Below, one piece after another: positions 17,416 to 36,354 of a stretch of DNA of 64,000 bases. The translations under genes and the position numbers were made by a program. This DNA comes from Piromyces finnis finn (lineage: Eukaryota; Fungi; Neocallimastigomycota): the NCBI GenBank assembly GCA_002104945.1, contig MCFH01000041.1:186001-250000 (forward strand). The letters are read 5' to 3'. The notes below the pieces were generated by a model. It was given only the letters and a program-made list of their open reading frames with translations. It was not told the origin of the DNA and ran no database searches. Positions within the stretch are counted from its first letter, which is position 1. Each line of letters starts with the position of its first letter.

Positions 17416-17446
<31 letters not shown>

Positions 17447-17840
17447 AAAGTAGAAAAGTAATTTTTAAAGTTACTTTTTGATAAAGCAATAATAAAATAT
17501 ATATATAAATAAAAATAAGTTCAAATAAAATCCTTTTTAATAAAAATTTATGTTTAAATATTAGATTTTAATAAAAAATAAAGATTTTTGAATATAATCG
17601 ACCTTATTTTATATTTGTTAAAAAAAAAGTTCATAGAAAAAGAAAACTGTAATTTAAAATTAATATACGTTTAAAAGTTAATTTATATATACAGGAAAAC
17701 TTAGAATTAAAATATAAAATATTCACAATTATAATAACAGATACAAAATAATAATATTAGAACTATATTTTCAAATATTAAAAACTAAACTACTATAAAA
17801 ATATTATAATCAAATAAAACTTATTTTATATAAAATAAAG

Positions 17841-20105
17841 ATGAAGATTAAATTACAATATTTATATTTGGCTATACTTTCTCTAATCATCAAATGTTGT
17901 ATAGCAGCGGGTATAGGTAAGTTTTTTATAAATTATTTCAGAATAATTTAAATAATTGAATTTATTGATTTTTTCTTTTTTTTATATAAAATAAAAAGGC
18001 ATTAAAATCAATGATGAAAGTGGATTTGAAACCGAAAATAGGGATAAAATTTTACCTGGAGGTAATTACAATATTATTAAATAAACATATTATTTTTATG
18101 AATAACTAAATATTTTCTTTTATTATTATGAATAATTAAACAGGTCAACCTATTACTATCTCATATAAATGTCAAACTAATGAAAATGATGTTGTAGGTG
18201 AATTAAATGTTTTAATGTATTGTGATGGATGTAATCATCCAAATATTGATCCTACAACCAAAACAGCAAAAATTGATCATACTTTTCCTATTAACTGTAA
18301 TAATCCTTCACCAATAACAATAGAAGAAACATTAAGTATTCAAGAAAATGCTGAAAGTGGTGCACTTATATATTTATCATATTATATTTCTTTTGGTGAA
18401 TTAGGTCAAGCTACTGAATCTGGTGATTCATATTATTATCAAGGTAAATTTATGAAAACTTTTAAATATAATTCTGAATATATATTTGAAATTAAGAAAA
18501 GAAACTAATATGCATTTATATTTAATTAAACAAAATAAAGTAAAAGGAGATAAAAAATTATCACTTAATAAAAAAGGTAGTATAACAACTCAATTTTCTA
18601 AAGGTTTTGAATCTTTAACTAAAAAAAAGGAACCTTGGATAACAAAGATAAAAAATTATTTTATATTTGCTGTTCCTGTTGTAGTATTATTGGCTTTGTT
18701 ATTCATTATTTATCAAAAATCATTTAAACCAAAACAAAGATTAAACGCCAAAAAGTCTGTTTGCAAGTATAACTTTGAAAAAAATCCAAATACTTTAAAA
18801 TCATTAGATTCTCAAGGTATAAGAATTACAGAACAAAATAGAGGTCAAAATCTTCAAAAAAGAAATTCATTAACAAATTTGAAGACTTTACAATCTAAAT
18901 TAAAATCTCCTATACCAGAAAGTGCAGTTTATGAATCATCTAAGCCTATATCAAGTCGTCGTAGTTCTATATCTTCATCATGCTCATCCGATTTATCATT
19001 CAGATTAGATGCATCTTATTTGGATATTAAAATGAAGGACGATGATAGTGATAATGAAGAAAATAATAATATAGAAAGTGATGATGAAGAAAAATTAGTG
19101 AATAATGAAAATACTGTATCCGTAGCTATAGATGATAATAAAGATAATAGAGAAAGGGGAAAACATAGAAATAATGAAAGAAAGGAAAAAAGTTCAAGAA
19201 GCAGAGGTAATGACAGATTATCTCCACATTCCCAAAGACGTTCACATTCAAAAGAAAGTAGAAATTCAAGAAAGAATTCCACTCCAATGAATTCACCACC
19301 AATGAATTCACCAAGAAAGAATTCCACTCCAATGAATTCACCACCAATGAATTCACCAAGAAAGAGTTCCACCCCAATGAATTCACCACCAATGAATTCA
19401 CCACCATTAAGTTCACCAAAGAATAATTCATCTCAAATGAATTCACCTGTTGTACCAATGAGAAATACTTCAAATTCACCAATGATGACTTCACCAAATT
19501 TACAAAACGCACAACCTAATAACTGGAATAATATGAATATGAACATGAACATGAATAATCAATATGGTAATGGAATGAATCAATTAAATATAATAAATCA
19601 AATGCAAAATGCTAATAATCAAGTATCAATTGACATACACAGTCCAAGATCACCAAGTACTCAAAATAATGCTGTGTTATCATCAAACTTACAAGATACT
19701 ATTCCAATTGACAAAAATGCAGTTATTCATAATGCTTCTAAAGCATATGTTACAGCAAACGCTATGCCACAAGTTGGTAATGCCCAAATGGCACATGTCC
19801 AATATCTTCCTAATGCTCCACAGACTAATACAAACTTAAAAACTGATACAGCAGCTTCAGATTCTGAAGATGATACTGCAGAAGTTGTACCAAATCATCC
19901 ATTTACAAATAAGGTCTTTTCAGTAGCTTTCGCTAATATTCCAGAAAATGATGATGAATTAGAATTAGCTATTGGTGATCCAATTAAGTTTATAGAAGTA
20001 TATGATGATGATTGGGCATTAGCATTAAGAATTGGTGATAATGAAGAAGGAATGGTTCCATTAACATGTGTAAAGGAATATTTTACTGTCCTTCATAATA
20101 ATTAA
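17841..20105 (+). CDS. Single-pass membrane protein: signal peptide, Cys-containing ectodomain, TM, Ser/Pro/Asn-rich tail, C-terminal SH3
   Basis: Exons 17841-17916, 17999-18061, 18144-18443 and ~18541(or 18547)-20105. Signal peptide MKIKLQYLYLAILSLIIKCCIA; TM YFIFAVPVVVLLALLFIIY; SH3 ...DDELELAIGDPIKFIEVYDDDWALALRIGDNEEGMVPLTCV. Confidence 0.8.
19269..19403 (+). repeat. 45-nt coding tandem repeat x3 (RKNSTPMNSPPMNSP)
   Basis: Units start at 19269, 19314 and 19359 and are near-identical. Confidence 0.9.
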
Positions 20106-23100
20106 AAAACTTTAAAATGAAAAAATATTATTATTTCAAAGAGTAGAAAATTTTCTAATATATAAATAATGAAATATATTATTTATACATCATAATAATT
20201 TAATTTTAAAAATATCATACATATTTTATTTCTTTATTAATAGTAATTTTACACTTAGAAAAAGATTGATAAAGAAAATAATAGCAAAACTACAATACTA
20301 TAATAGATAATTAAATTTTATTATTTCATTTCATTATTTTTATTAATTCTTTAAAGACGATACAATTTTATATATTAATAAACTAATAATATTAAATTAA
20401 AAACGTATGTTTAAAAATACATATCTAGAAAATATTTAATAATAATATGTATAGAGAGATATGAAGAAAGGAAGAAAAAAGACATAAAAAAATGTATGAT
20501 TAAATACACTGCTGTTTATAAAAATAATGACATAAGAAATTTAAATTGAAGAAATATAAATATGTATAAAATTAATAGACGGATATTTATTTGGATTGAA
20601 TTAAAAAAAAAAAAAAAAAAGAAAAGAAAAAAAAATAAAAAAAAAAAAAATAATAAAAAAATATATATAAAAAGTAAAGAAAAGAATACTTTAAAAGAAA
20701 TGAAATTGTATATATATATATATGCATATATGAAAATTATTGTTTTCATTATTAATATACAATTTTTTTTTTTAGAAAAAAAATAAAAAAAAAATAATGA
20801 ATATTCAAATAATAATAATAATAATAATAGTTATAATAATAAATGAATAAATAAAAAGTAAAATAAAAAGTATAAAAAAGACATAAAATAAGTAGTAATA
20901 TTTTGATATATTCTAATATTATCATTTTAATACTGGAACATGAATTAAATTTGTATTTTTTTTTTTTTTGTCCTAAACGTATTGTGATTATTTATCACTA
21001 ATAAAAAAAAAAAAAAAAGAATTTAATAATTTTTTTTAAGAGTATTAATAAATAATAAAACATTTTATATTTTTTAAAAATACATGTGTACTTTGATCAA
21101 AAAAGAATAAAAATTTTTATGTTTGATATTATTTATAGTAAAAAGAAGAAAAAAAAATATTAATTTTTAATATCTTCCTTTATATCATTTTGAATTGAGG
21201 ATGTTTTTTTCAAATGTATTTTTAATAATATATAATAAGGGTGAATTTTTTAAAATATAAAATTTCTTTCCTTGGCTTTAAATGTTGTTTTTAAAATATC
21301 ATATATATATATATATGGACAATGGACTATATACTTTTAAACAATATCATATATCTTATCATTATTTTTGATTCTAGTTATTTTAATTATTTTATTTTTT
21401 ATAATTTCAGATTCTAATTATTCTAATTATTTTATTTTTTATAATTTCTATTTTATAAGGAATTAACTTAATGTATATGGACAATATAAATGTTGACAAA
21501 ATGAATAAACTTTAAAAACTTAAAAAACATTATTTTTTTTTATAAAAGTAAATTTATATCAAAATATTATTCAATAAATAAATAAAAAAAAATAATTCTA
21601 TTGAATATTTAAATATTTTTTTTTTGTTCCTATTAGTATACATTGATAGTAATGGCGATTAATATATTCATATTTGATAATAGGTATTAAAATTAATAAT
21701 AGTTAGCATCATTTATAAAGCAACATTAATAATCATGTTTATATCCTGTTTATTAATATTAATTAATATTACATATTTTTATTATATTATAAATTTTGTT
21801 TTTTTTTTTTTTTTTTAAAAAAATAGGGAAGGAATAATTAAAGATTCAACTTTAAAAGTATTTTTAAAAATAACACTGATATATCTTTAACAAAAATGAG
21901 GCTAATAATACACTAAAGATGATGATGATAGTTATATAAACTTTGTGTTTTATTAATTATAAAAGTTTATTATAAAATTATTTATATCTTAATTTTTCCT
22001 TTTTTCATATTAACAAAAGTCATCGTGTTTTTGAATGGGTAATATATAGCTATACACTTTTTTAATTTTTGGTAAATAATATGGTTGTACCTATTAATTT
22101 TTTTTTTATTATAATAAATAAATTAATTCCTTCCATAAAAAAAGGAGTTAATTTAAATGGTAATGAACTATTGGATTTATAATTAATGTTTATAATATAT
22201 TCTAATATAATGATTATATATAATTAAAAATAGGTTAACCAATCATGTAAATATTTTTTTACCATACAAATTAAAAATTTTAATTAAGATATAATAAATA
22301 ATGTATTAAAAATAAAAGAAGTTTAATTAATGAAAGACAAATTAAAAAAAGATGAAAGTGCAATATACGAATATTTAAATTATTATATAATTTTAAGAAT
22401 TATTTTTGATAAAGAAATAATAAAGTTGTTGCTAAACAATGAATATGATCAGTTAATGTATTATTATTTTGATAATATTAAAAAAAAACATGAATGAGAA
22501 TAATCATATCAAATAAAAAAAAGTTTTAAGCTTTCAGCTATATCGAATCATCGAAAAATTTAAAACTTAATAATTTAAATTAAATTTTATTATTATAATT
22601 GTTACTATTATTATAGAAATAACTTTCTATGTTGCTCAGCAAAATATATAATATAATTTTTAAGGCTTTAATAAATAAAAAATTATTAGTAACTAGATAA
22701 AAATATAAAAATATATAGTTAAATGTGGCAAATTAATTCTAATTAAAATTTTTTAGTTTATCCACCTTATTTTTTTATTGTTATTACAAATTAAAAAAGA
22801 AATAAAAAAAAACAAAAATAAAAATAAAAAAATCATTATTAGAAATAACTTTTTTTTTAAAAAAAAAAAAAAAGATAAATAGTAAAAGAATGGTTATGGT
22901 TATTGTTTTTAATATTATATATAAAATATTTTAATAAGTTATTTTTTATATAATTTTAGACATTATAAAAAAAAAATGTTTTATCAATAAATTAAATAAT
23001 AAAATTATGTATTTTATTCCAATACAATAATTAATATTAAATTTTTTTTTAAAAGAGAATAAATAGAAAAAAAAATAATTTATATAAGAGAATAAAAAAA

Positions 23101-24029
23101 ATTTTTTTAAAAAAATTTTAATATATAACAAATAAATTCTATTTTTATTTTATTATTATTATGAATAAGGAAGAAATCTGAATCTAATCATTTTAAAAAT
23201 TTAACTTTTTTTTAAAAAAAAATAAATTTAAAAAATAAAATTGATATAATTTTTAAAATTATATATACTTTATTTATATTCTTTTAAAATAACATACAAT
23301 TATCTTTTTCCCTTTTTTTTTCTAAAAAAAATATACCATGAATGAAGATTCAATTTTAGAATTTTTCATATAGCATCAATCAATTATATTATCAATTTTA
23401 AAATCAATCATAAAAAAAAATTAAAAAATATTCTAAGCAAATTTCATCTTAATTTTGGATTAAATTTTAAATGTCTTAAAATAAACATTTAAAATACAAC
23501 ATTATTTTAACAATTTATAAATAAAAGTAAAAAAAAAAATAACGATTTCAATTTCAATTATTTGTATCATTTAATTTTCTTTATTGTAAAATATTTTCTC
23601 TATATCCAATTATATATATTATCATAAATACAATACTTTACTTTTTCAACTTTCATATAACAATTAGCCATAATACCAATAAAAATTTAAAATAAATTTT
23701 TAAAAGGCTAATAAAATTCGACTTTTTTTCTTCATTAAAAATTAATATTCCAATTTACATTGAAAAATTTAATTAATTTATTTAATCTTAATAATTTTTA
23801 AAGTGCAGTTTATTTAATAGATTCAAAACATTATATTCAAATAAATATATTACACATTCAATATTTTTTATAAAAAAAAACAATTTTTTATATAATCCAA
23901 GAAAATCTATACTCGAATTAGTATTATTATTTCAATACTTGATTAATTAAGCAATATTATTTTTTTTTAAGAAAAATCATTCATTTTCATTAAATAATAC
24001 TAAAATATATATAATCCGAATAATCCAAG

Positions 24030-24264
24030 ATGTCGACAAACAATTGTATTCACAATTTAGTTGAAGATGAAGCTATGGGTCATCGTGTCTGTACCAAATG
24101 TGGTCAGGTATTTACATTAGATATCAGATATTAATTAAATTAAAATAACATAAAATTACAATATAATAAAAATATATATTGTGAAAAAATATCTCAATTT
24201 AAAATTATAAAAGATTCTCATAAAAATAATGTATTCAAAACTAAATAAAAAATCAATTGTTCAA

Positions 24265-24296
<32 letters not shown>

Positions 24297-26370
24297 GATT
24301 ATGGAAGAAAACATTATAGTATCTGAAGTTAGTTTTTCAGAAAAATCTAATGGTGCTGCTGTAGCTGATGGTTTTTTCATTAGTTCTGGAAAAGGTATAT
24401 TTCTAATAGCAAATATTACCGATATTATTGATAATTTAATAATTTTTTTAATTTTTTTTGTTGAAATAAAATAGCAAGAGCTTCTATTCCAAATCGTTTT
24501 GGTGGTAGAAATTCAATGAATACATTAGAATCAAGAGAACAAGTAATTGCTAATGGTAATTATTTTACAAAAGAAAAATTAAAAAATAAAAATAATAAAA
24601 AACATATAAATCTCAAAATGGCCAAAAAATAATTTATGAATTAATAATTTATAATTTATATATTAATAAATTATTTTATTCCATTATTATTATAATAAAA
24701 TTAAAAAAAATAATAATAATAAAAAGGTCGACGCAGAATTCAACAAATTGCAAATGCTTTAAATATGACTGAAAGACATATGGAAGCTGCTCAAAGATAT
24801 TATAATTTAGCTATATTAAATGATTTTAATAAGGGTAGAAAAACAGTTAATGTAGCATCCGCTTGCTTATATATTGTTTGTAGAATGGAGAAAACGAGTC
24901 ATTTACTTATTGATTTTTCAGATGTTCTTCAAGTATGTATAATAAAAAAGATAGTAATTATTTTTTTTATAATATATTTAAATAAATCATGAAAATAATA
25001 ATGTATTAATTATACTATCTATTATAATTTAAAATAGACTAATGTTTACTTATTAGGGGCCACTTTCTTAAAATTAGTACAAAAATTACATTTAGAGTTA
25101 CCATTAGTTGATCCAGCATTATATATTGCACGTTTTGCTTCAAAACTTGATTTTGGTGATAAAAGTCAAGTAGTAATCCGTGATGCACTACGTTTAGTAT
25201 CTCGAATGAATAGAGATTGGATTCAAACTGGAAGAAGACCAGCTGGTATTTGCGCAGCATGTAAGTGGAAATATTTTTTATCACTTAAAAGTGTTAATAT
25301 TCTAATTTATAATTTTAATATGAATGGAATTTTATGATATAGGTTTATTAATTGCTGCACGTATGCATGATTTTCATCGTACTCAAAAAGAAATTATATC
25401 TGTAGTAAAGATTTGTAATTCAACATTACGTAAAAGGTGTTTATTAATTCAATTATAAGAAAAAAATATATATTATATCCATATTTTTACTTAATCTTCT
25501 TCTTTTTTTTATTAATAGATTGGATGAATTCCGTAATACACCATCATCTGAATTAACAATTGAAGATTTCCAAAATATATGGTTAGAAGAAACATGTGAT
25601 CCACCATCATTTAATAATGCCCGCAAAAAGGGTAAGAGAAAGAGATCATTGGAATCAAGTGAATATGAAAAGGATTTTGAAACTGAGGAACTAAAGAAGG
25701 AAATTAATGATATTTTAAAGGGTGATGAAATAAAAGAATTAACTGGAAAAATTGATAGTAAATATTGGAATATTATAATTTAAATATAACTTATTTATGT
25801 AATAATACTAATTATAAAAATGTAATTTATTTAAAAATTAAACAACAGTGGATGAATTACTTGCAGATGATAACAACTTGGAAGTTTTAGATAATGATGA
25901 AGAAATTAAGGATGTTATTTTAAACGAAGAAGAAGTTGAATTTAAGACAAGAGTATGGACGAATGAAAATAAAGATTGGATTGAAGCACAGGAAGCCAAG
26001 CGACGTCAAGCTATTATGGATCTTGAAAATGGCATTGTTCGTAAGCCAAGAGCAAAGGTAATTATTAATATCATAATCATTAATTGTAATAAATATAATG
26101 AAAAAAAAATATATATATATTGTTAGATATAATCATAAATAAAATAAAATAATAACTAGCAACATTATAAATAATAATTCAAAATCTTTTGAATGATAAT
26201 AAATATAGAAACGTAATACTAATAAGGATCCAATTCCAACTGCTCAAACACCAGCTGAAGCAGCAAAGAAATTATTAAATCAAACAAAAATTTCAAAGAA
26301 AATTAACTATGCTGCTATTGATCATTTATTTGAAGATTCATTAAAGTTAAAGGCTGAGGTTGAAAAGTAA
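24030..26370 (+). CDS. BRF1: RNA polymerase III initiation factor TFIIIB subunit BRF1
   Basis: Nine exons: 24030-24107, 24298-24394, 24475-24555, 24727-24932, 25038-25260, 25343-25436, 25519-25757, 25849-26057, 26209-26370. Zn ribbon VCTKCG; cyclin folds ([36 protein letters not shown]); C-terminal [14 protein letters not shown] and SKKINY. Confidence 0.95.
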
Positions 26371-27457
26371 TAGATAATACTTTAATAAGAAGAAAAAAGG
26401 GAAATACTTTTTAAAAATATTTTTTTTTTATTTAAAAAAAAAATACAGTATTTAATATTTTATTTCATTTATTATTATTTTTTTTTTTTTTTAACTTTTT
26501 TTTTTTCCAAAAAAAATTAAACAAGAATGAGATAATAACAATCAGTTTATTAGACTGATGGAAAAAATAATAATTATTATTCATTTGAAAAACGAACAAA
26601 CAAACGAAAAAAAAAAAAAAAAAAAAAAAAAAAAGATATTTGGGTATAATAATAGGGAAAGAAATAAAATTATAATAATATAAATTCTATCATACCCTAA
26701 TAATTAAATATTATATATAAAAATTATAATGATGATAATAATGAAAGAATGCTATTATTTCATATAATTTTAATATATATATTGATTTTATTTTATTATA
26801 TAATTTTAATGGATCTGTTGTTATTATAAATAGTTTCTTTTTTTTTTCTTTTATCTTTATATAAATCATCTTTTATTTTTTATCATTATTAATTTTATTA
26901 TATATTTATTAATTTATTTATTTTATCATCATCATTTATTGACTTTTTTAACATATTGCATTCGATACTATACTTTTTTCTTTTAAAGGAAAAGGAAAAA
27001 TGAAATTAAATAAATAAAATAATAAATTAAATTATAAATAGTAACAATAATACAAAATTGTAATTTATATTTATTAAAAGTTTATAACACTATTTTATTA
27101 ATTATCAGAGTACAGTTAAAATTTTAGGGTTTTATTATTATTCAATTATAATAGTTGACCTCACATCATTAAAATAATGAATTAAAAAAAAAAAAAAAAA
27201 AAGTAATTATTTTTTTTAAGGTATTAAATTTATATGTTTTATTAATAAAATATTCAAAATAAACAAATTACAAAAGCAATCGTATTAATAAAAAATAATT
27301 ATAATTAATATATAAAATTTTTATTTTATTAATATATTTTTTTATAATATTTATAACATTTTTTTTTTTTTTTATTTTTTACATTCTTTATTAATACTAT
27401 AATCTATATTTATTTAAGGCATAATAATAACAATAATTATTATTATTATTCTATTAT

Positions 27458-28657
<1,200 letters not shown>

Positions 28658-31467
28658 TTTTGCTATTTATTATATATTATAAAAAATATGTTTAAAAAAA
28701 ATTAAATTGCTATATGATAGGAAGAATAAAAAAAAAAAAGAAAAATTTTTTTTAAAATTTATCATTTTTAATTTTTTTTTTTTTTAAATATTAGAAAAAA
28801 AGACATCCCAAATTCCAATATTCATTACAAATATGTTTCCATATCACACAGATATTTCAATGATTTCAAAAATAAATTGTTTTTCATAAATAAATTTTGT
28901 TTTTCATTTTATAATTAATAAAAAGTAATTTAATGTTTTTTTTCATTCCAAATGGTATTATATGGTATTATATATATTAAATATTTATATTAGTGATACA
29001 GTTATATTTTCAATTACCATAAAGTATATAACATATATAAATAGAAAAAAGAAAATGCATAATAATAAAATATATTTTATTAGTTAATGTGTTTAAAATA
29101 AATATAATAATTAAAATTTGAAATAAAAAATAACATTTTTGGATATATATAATAGCAACATTATATGATTTTCATTTTAAAATCTATTAAAGTATTATTT
29201 TATAACTATTATTATTATTTTATTTCTTTTAACTTTTTCTTAACTAATTAATTATTAAAGAAATTCACAACTTTTTGAGAAATAATAAATATAATGTTTC
29301 AATGGAAAATACATCAAATGATAATTGACTTTCAAAATGTTTTTTAGTCTCTAATTATCATTATGTTACTTTTGTTATAATTTCCTTTTCTTTGTTATTT
29401 TGACTTTTTTTTTTAGAAAAAATTAAACATAAAAAATATTTTCATATCATATAAAAGTTGCTCTTTAAACTTCTTTATAAGTAATATAAAGTTCCGTTCT
29501 TTTCCAAAATTAAATTATTCAAAATATTTATCATTATTAATTTTATATATATATATAATAATACTAACTTTTCTTAATATTCTTTGTTATTATTTTTTAA
29601 ATAATACAATTATTGAATTCTACTTTATTTTTTTTTTTTAAAAAAAAAAAAAAGTACTTTTTTTAAAATAAAAAATAAAAAAAAAAATAAAAATAAAAAT
29701 AAAGGAAATATTATTAATAATATAAAATATTTAAAAATATATAATTTAAAAATATATATAATAACACAGTAACTATAAATGATATTTAAAATAAAAGTAT
29801 AAAAATAATTGTAATATTAAAAATAAAAATAGATTAATTATTATTATTTGTTATTATTTTAAATAGAATAGTAAAACCTATTTAATATTAATTTTGAAAA
29901 AGAAATCTTATTTTATAGTTATTAGCATAGAAAGATTATTCTCATCCCAAATATTACCTTTCTATGTTTATAATTTAGAATAACTTTATAATCAACTTTA
30001 TTAAATTAATTAGATTATACTATATAAGTGAATAATATTGAATCTTAAAACTTAATTATATAATTAGCAAGTCTAACATTTATTATTGAAAATCATATGA
30101 ATACATAGAATTATTTAAATTTGGAATACTTTTTTTTTTTTTCTAAAAAAAATGTTAAAAGGAAAGAGTTTTGTATTGCTAATTTTTAAAATTTCCATTA
30201 AGTAACAAATGAATTTACATTATTACTTTTTATAATTAAACTTTTATAAATAAAAAATTAGAAAATTTTTAGTTTGGTTAGTTTTTTTTTATATATATAA
30301 TAATGATTATATTTTATTTGGAACTAGTTGATTTTTATGGATTAATTAGTAAATAGGATTAACTATATAATAAAATTATGAATTATAGTTTTTATATATA
30401 TATAAAATCAACTGTATTAAAAAGGTTTTATTAAAACTTCTTTTTTTTTTTTTTTTCTTAGTAATATGAAGAATATTTTAGAAAATATAATGATTTTCAA
30501 TGTTATGTTTTTGAAATGTTATAAATAGGAATATGAATTAATGAAAAAAAAAAAAAATTAAAAATTTAACACCTTAAATATTGAACATTTCATTATTTTT
30601 TTTTTCTTTAAAAATAAGTAATTGAAAGGAATATTGAATAGATTGAATAGTAAAATATAAATGTTTATATTTTATTATTCAGTTTTCCTTTCAATTAGTT
30701 ATAATACTATTCATATTTATTTCCTATTATTACTACTTTTATTATTATTATTTTCATTAAAATTACTTAACTTTTATTTAGATAAATTTAACATAAAAAA
30801 AAATAAAATATAAAAAATAAAATATGATAATGTATCTTGTATTTACTTATTTTAATATTAAAGGTGGTTAGATTATAAATATATAAAAAAGAAACTGTAT
30901 TTCGTTAAAGATAGTTAATTTTTTTCTTTATTAATATTGTTAATGCTATCATAATAAATGTTAGTATTATTATTTAACTTAATATTATTATTTATTATAT
31001 AAACAATTATATATTTGTTTTTAACACAAATATAAAAGCAATATATAATTAATATTGGAAAAAAAACTTTGAAAGTATTAATTTTAAACAAACAAAAGAT
31101 TCAAAAAAAATAAAGATACAAAAAATATATAATTTAAAAAATAATTAATTTTAATCCAATTGTTTAATTCTTATATTTAAATTTTAATTATTTATTTGGA
31201 AATAATTAATTTTTTAAACAATAAAAAAATTCTTAAAGTTCTTTAACATTTGTAATATTCAATAAAAAAATAAAAAAAAGAAGAGTTATAAAAGGAAAAG
31301 GACTTAATTATAAGCATTGTAATAAAATCCATAAGATACTTATTTTTTAATTTCAAGTAATAAATATATTAATAAAGATATTTCAAAAAAAAAAAAAAGT
31401 GTAAAGTGTTAATTTGATATAATTTCGTTTTAATTCATTTTAATTTATTTGTATTATTAAAAAAAAA

Positions 31468-31505
<38 letters not shown>

Positions 31506-31887
31506 GTAATTAACAATATAATGATATATGAACTACTATAATATATAACGGAAAATATATTTTAATATTATTAATTCATTTAAATTTATAATAAACATTT
31601 ATCAATTAAGCAATTCATTTATATAATATTATAATTTTCTAATTTTTTAATTCAGTATAAATAGAAAAAAAAAAAAAAAAAAAAACAATATATATATATA
31701 TAAAAGAAAAAGAAAAAAAAAAAAAAAAAAGAAATCTAAAATCTAATAATAGTAATAATAATAAACTTGAATTTAAACGAAAGGTATGTATAAATTAATG
31801 AAATGGATATACCATTTTTCAAAATTTATTATTAACTTTTTTTTTAATTATTATTATTATTAAAAATTATTTAAAATTTTATTATAG

Positions 31888-34407
<2,520 letters not shown>

Positions 34408-36354
34408 ATACAAAATGAAAATGAACATAAATAAAGTAATAATGATATAAATAATAAGTAAATGTATCTGTTAATACTAAGAATAATGATAAAAATAATG
34501 AATAGAATATTATATTGAAATTAATAAAAAAAAAAAAAAAAAACTTTGATATTTTAATTATATAAATAATGTTTAATAATTTTTACTCATTATTTTAATA
34601 AATTTAATAAATAATATTGTAAATAAATAATAAAAATCTTTTATTATGTATTCTTAAATAATTGGCAAAATAAATTGTGGATAAAAAACCTAATAATTTA
34701 TGTATTAAAAAGAAAATATCCTAATTATAATTTTTGAAAATATAATAATATATTCTATTCTTTAAATATGAAGATGAATTATTATTAGAATGTTAAACCC
34801 AATTGATTATTATTTCTTTTTTTTTTTAAAAAAAATAATCTTAATTATTATTAAAATATTAATCAGAACTTATTTTATGTATAATTACATTATATAAATT
34901 ATAGTTTTTTATCAAAAGTTATATATTTAATTAATAATGAATTATATAACTTTTCTATATTAATTAATTTACTTAATTAATTTCGAATTAAATTTCCTTT
35001 CAACCGAATTCAAAAGATTTCCAATAATTTTTGATGGTTGATGTATCATATTGGTATTATAATTAAAAAAAAAAAATAAAACATATAATTAATTTATAAT
35101 TAAAAATATTGAAAAATGTTAATTAGCCTAATTACAAAAACCAATATTTTATTATATTTCAACATTAATAGTATTTAAAAAATACATTACAAATTAAATA
35201 AGTGAATAAATAGATAAATAATAAACAATTCGTTAAATATGAAATTTTTTTGATATTAAAATATGAAAAAAGCAATTTAAATAAATTGCTTTAATAGATT
35301 GATAAAACATTATTTTAATTAATTATATTATTTAATAATTAATAAAGTTTTGATTAATAAATATTAAATAATATATATATATTTTTTTTTTAAAAAAAAA
35401 AAAAAACATTTCGATTTTTATTATTTTTTCATTATTTTTTTATTGAGTAAATAGTATTTTGTCTTTATTAATAATAGAAAGTTTTGAATTTAAAAATCAA
35501 AACTCTTTTTAATAAAAAAATATATATATACTATTAAATGTAGTTTCATTTTTTTCAGTATAGTTTTCATTCATATATTTATTTTTGTACTATTATCAAA
35601 ATTATTTTATTTATTTATTTATTAATTTTTATAAATATTCAAGTTACAACTTTTAAATATACAATTGTTTTTGGAACATCAAATAGAAATTTTAATATTC
35701 ACTTTTTTTTATAGAAAACTATTTCAAATATAGGCATACTAGAAAAAAAACATTACACATACCAATAAATTAAATAAATAAAATATCATAAACAATTAAA
35801 AAAAAAGAAAAAACGAATATAGAAAAGCGTAGATTTCAATAATAATTCCAACATCGTTTTTATAAATAAATATACCATACTATGCAAAATCTATATTAAT
35901 AGTCAATTGGGAAAAAAAAAAAAAACAATAATAAAAATAAAACAAAGATAAAATATGGATATTTTCATACCAAATGAAGAATAATTTTTCATATTTTAAA
36001 CAATAAAATATATAAACAAATAATTTGATGTTTTTTTTTTTTATTTATTAAATTTTAATAATAATAAAAAAAGGTATTTATATATCTTTTTTAATGTAAT
36101 GTAATACATATAAATGTATATAGTATTAAGAAAATAGAAAAAAAAAACAATATTAAAATATAAAAGAAGAAAAAACAAAACTTAATAAAGCAAAATAATA
36201 AAAAATAAATTCATAGTTTAAAATAATTTATTTATTTTAAATCTATAATAAAAGATTTCTTAATAATAATAATAAAAAAAACCCTTTTTTTAATTTTATA
36301 TTAATAATTATTAAAAAGGAATTTTTAAAAAGAAAAGTAACGATATATAAAAAG

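Noticed and set aside
21637-21860. Possible small spliced exons (YTLIVMAINIFIFDNR/EGIIKDSTLK)
   Set aside because: No consistent start, stop or further in-phase exon, and no recognisable product.
20516-23131. Short F/K/I-rich ORFs (also 4451, 28027, 48246, 52137)
   Set aside because: They derive from poly-A/T low-complexity intergenic sequence.
29921-29980. ISIERLFS peptide resembling the hAT dimerisation motif
   Set aside because: No supporting flanking residues or TIRs; chance is likely in AT-rich DNA.
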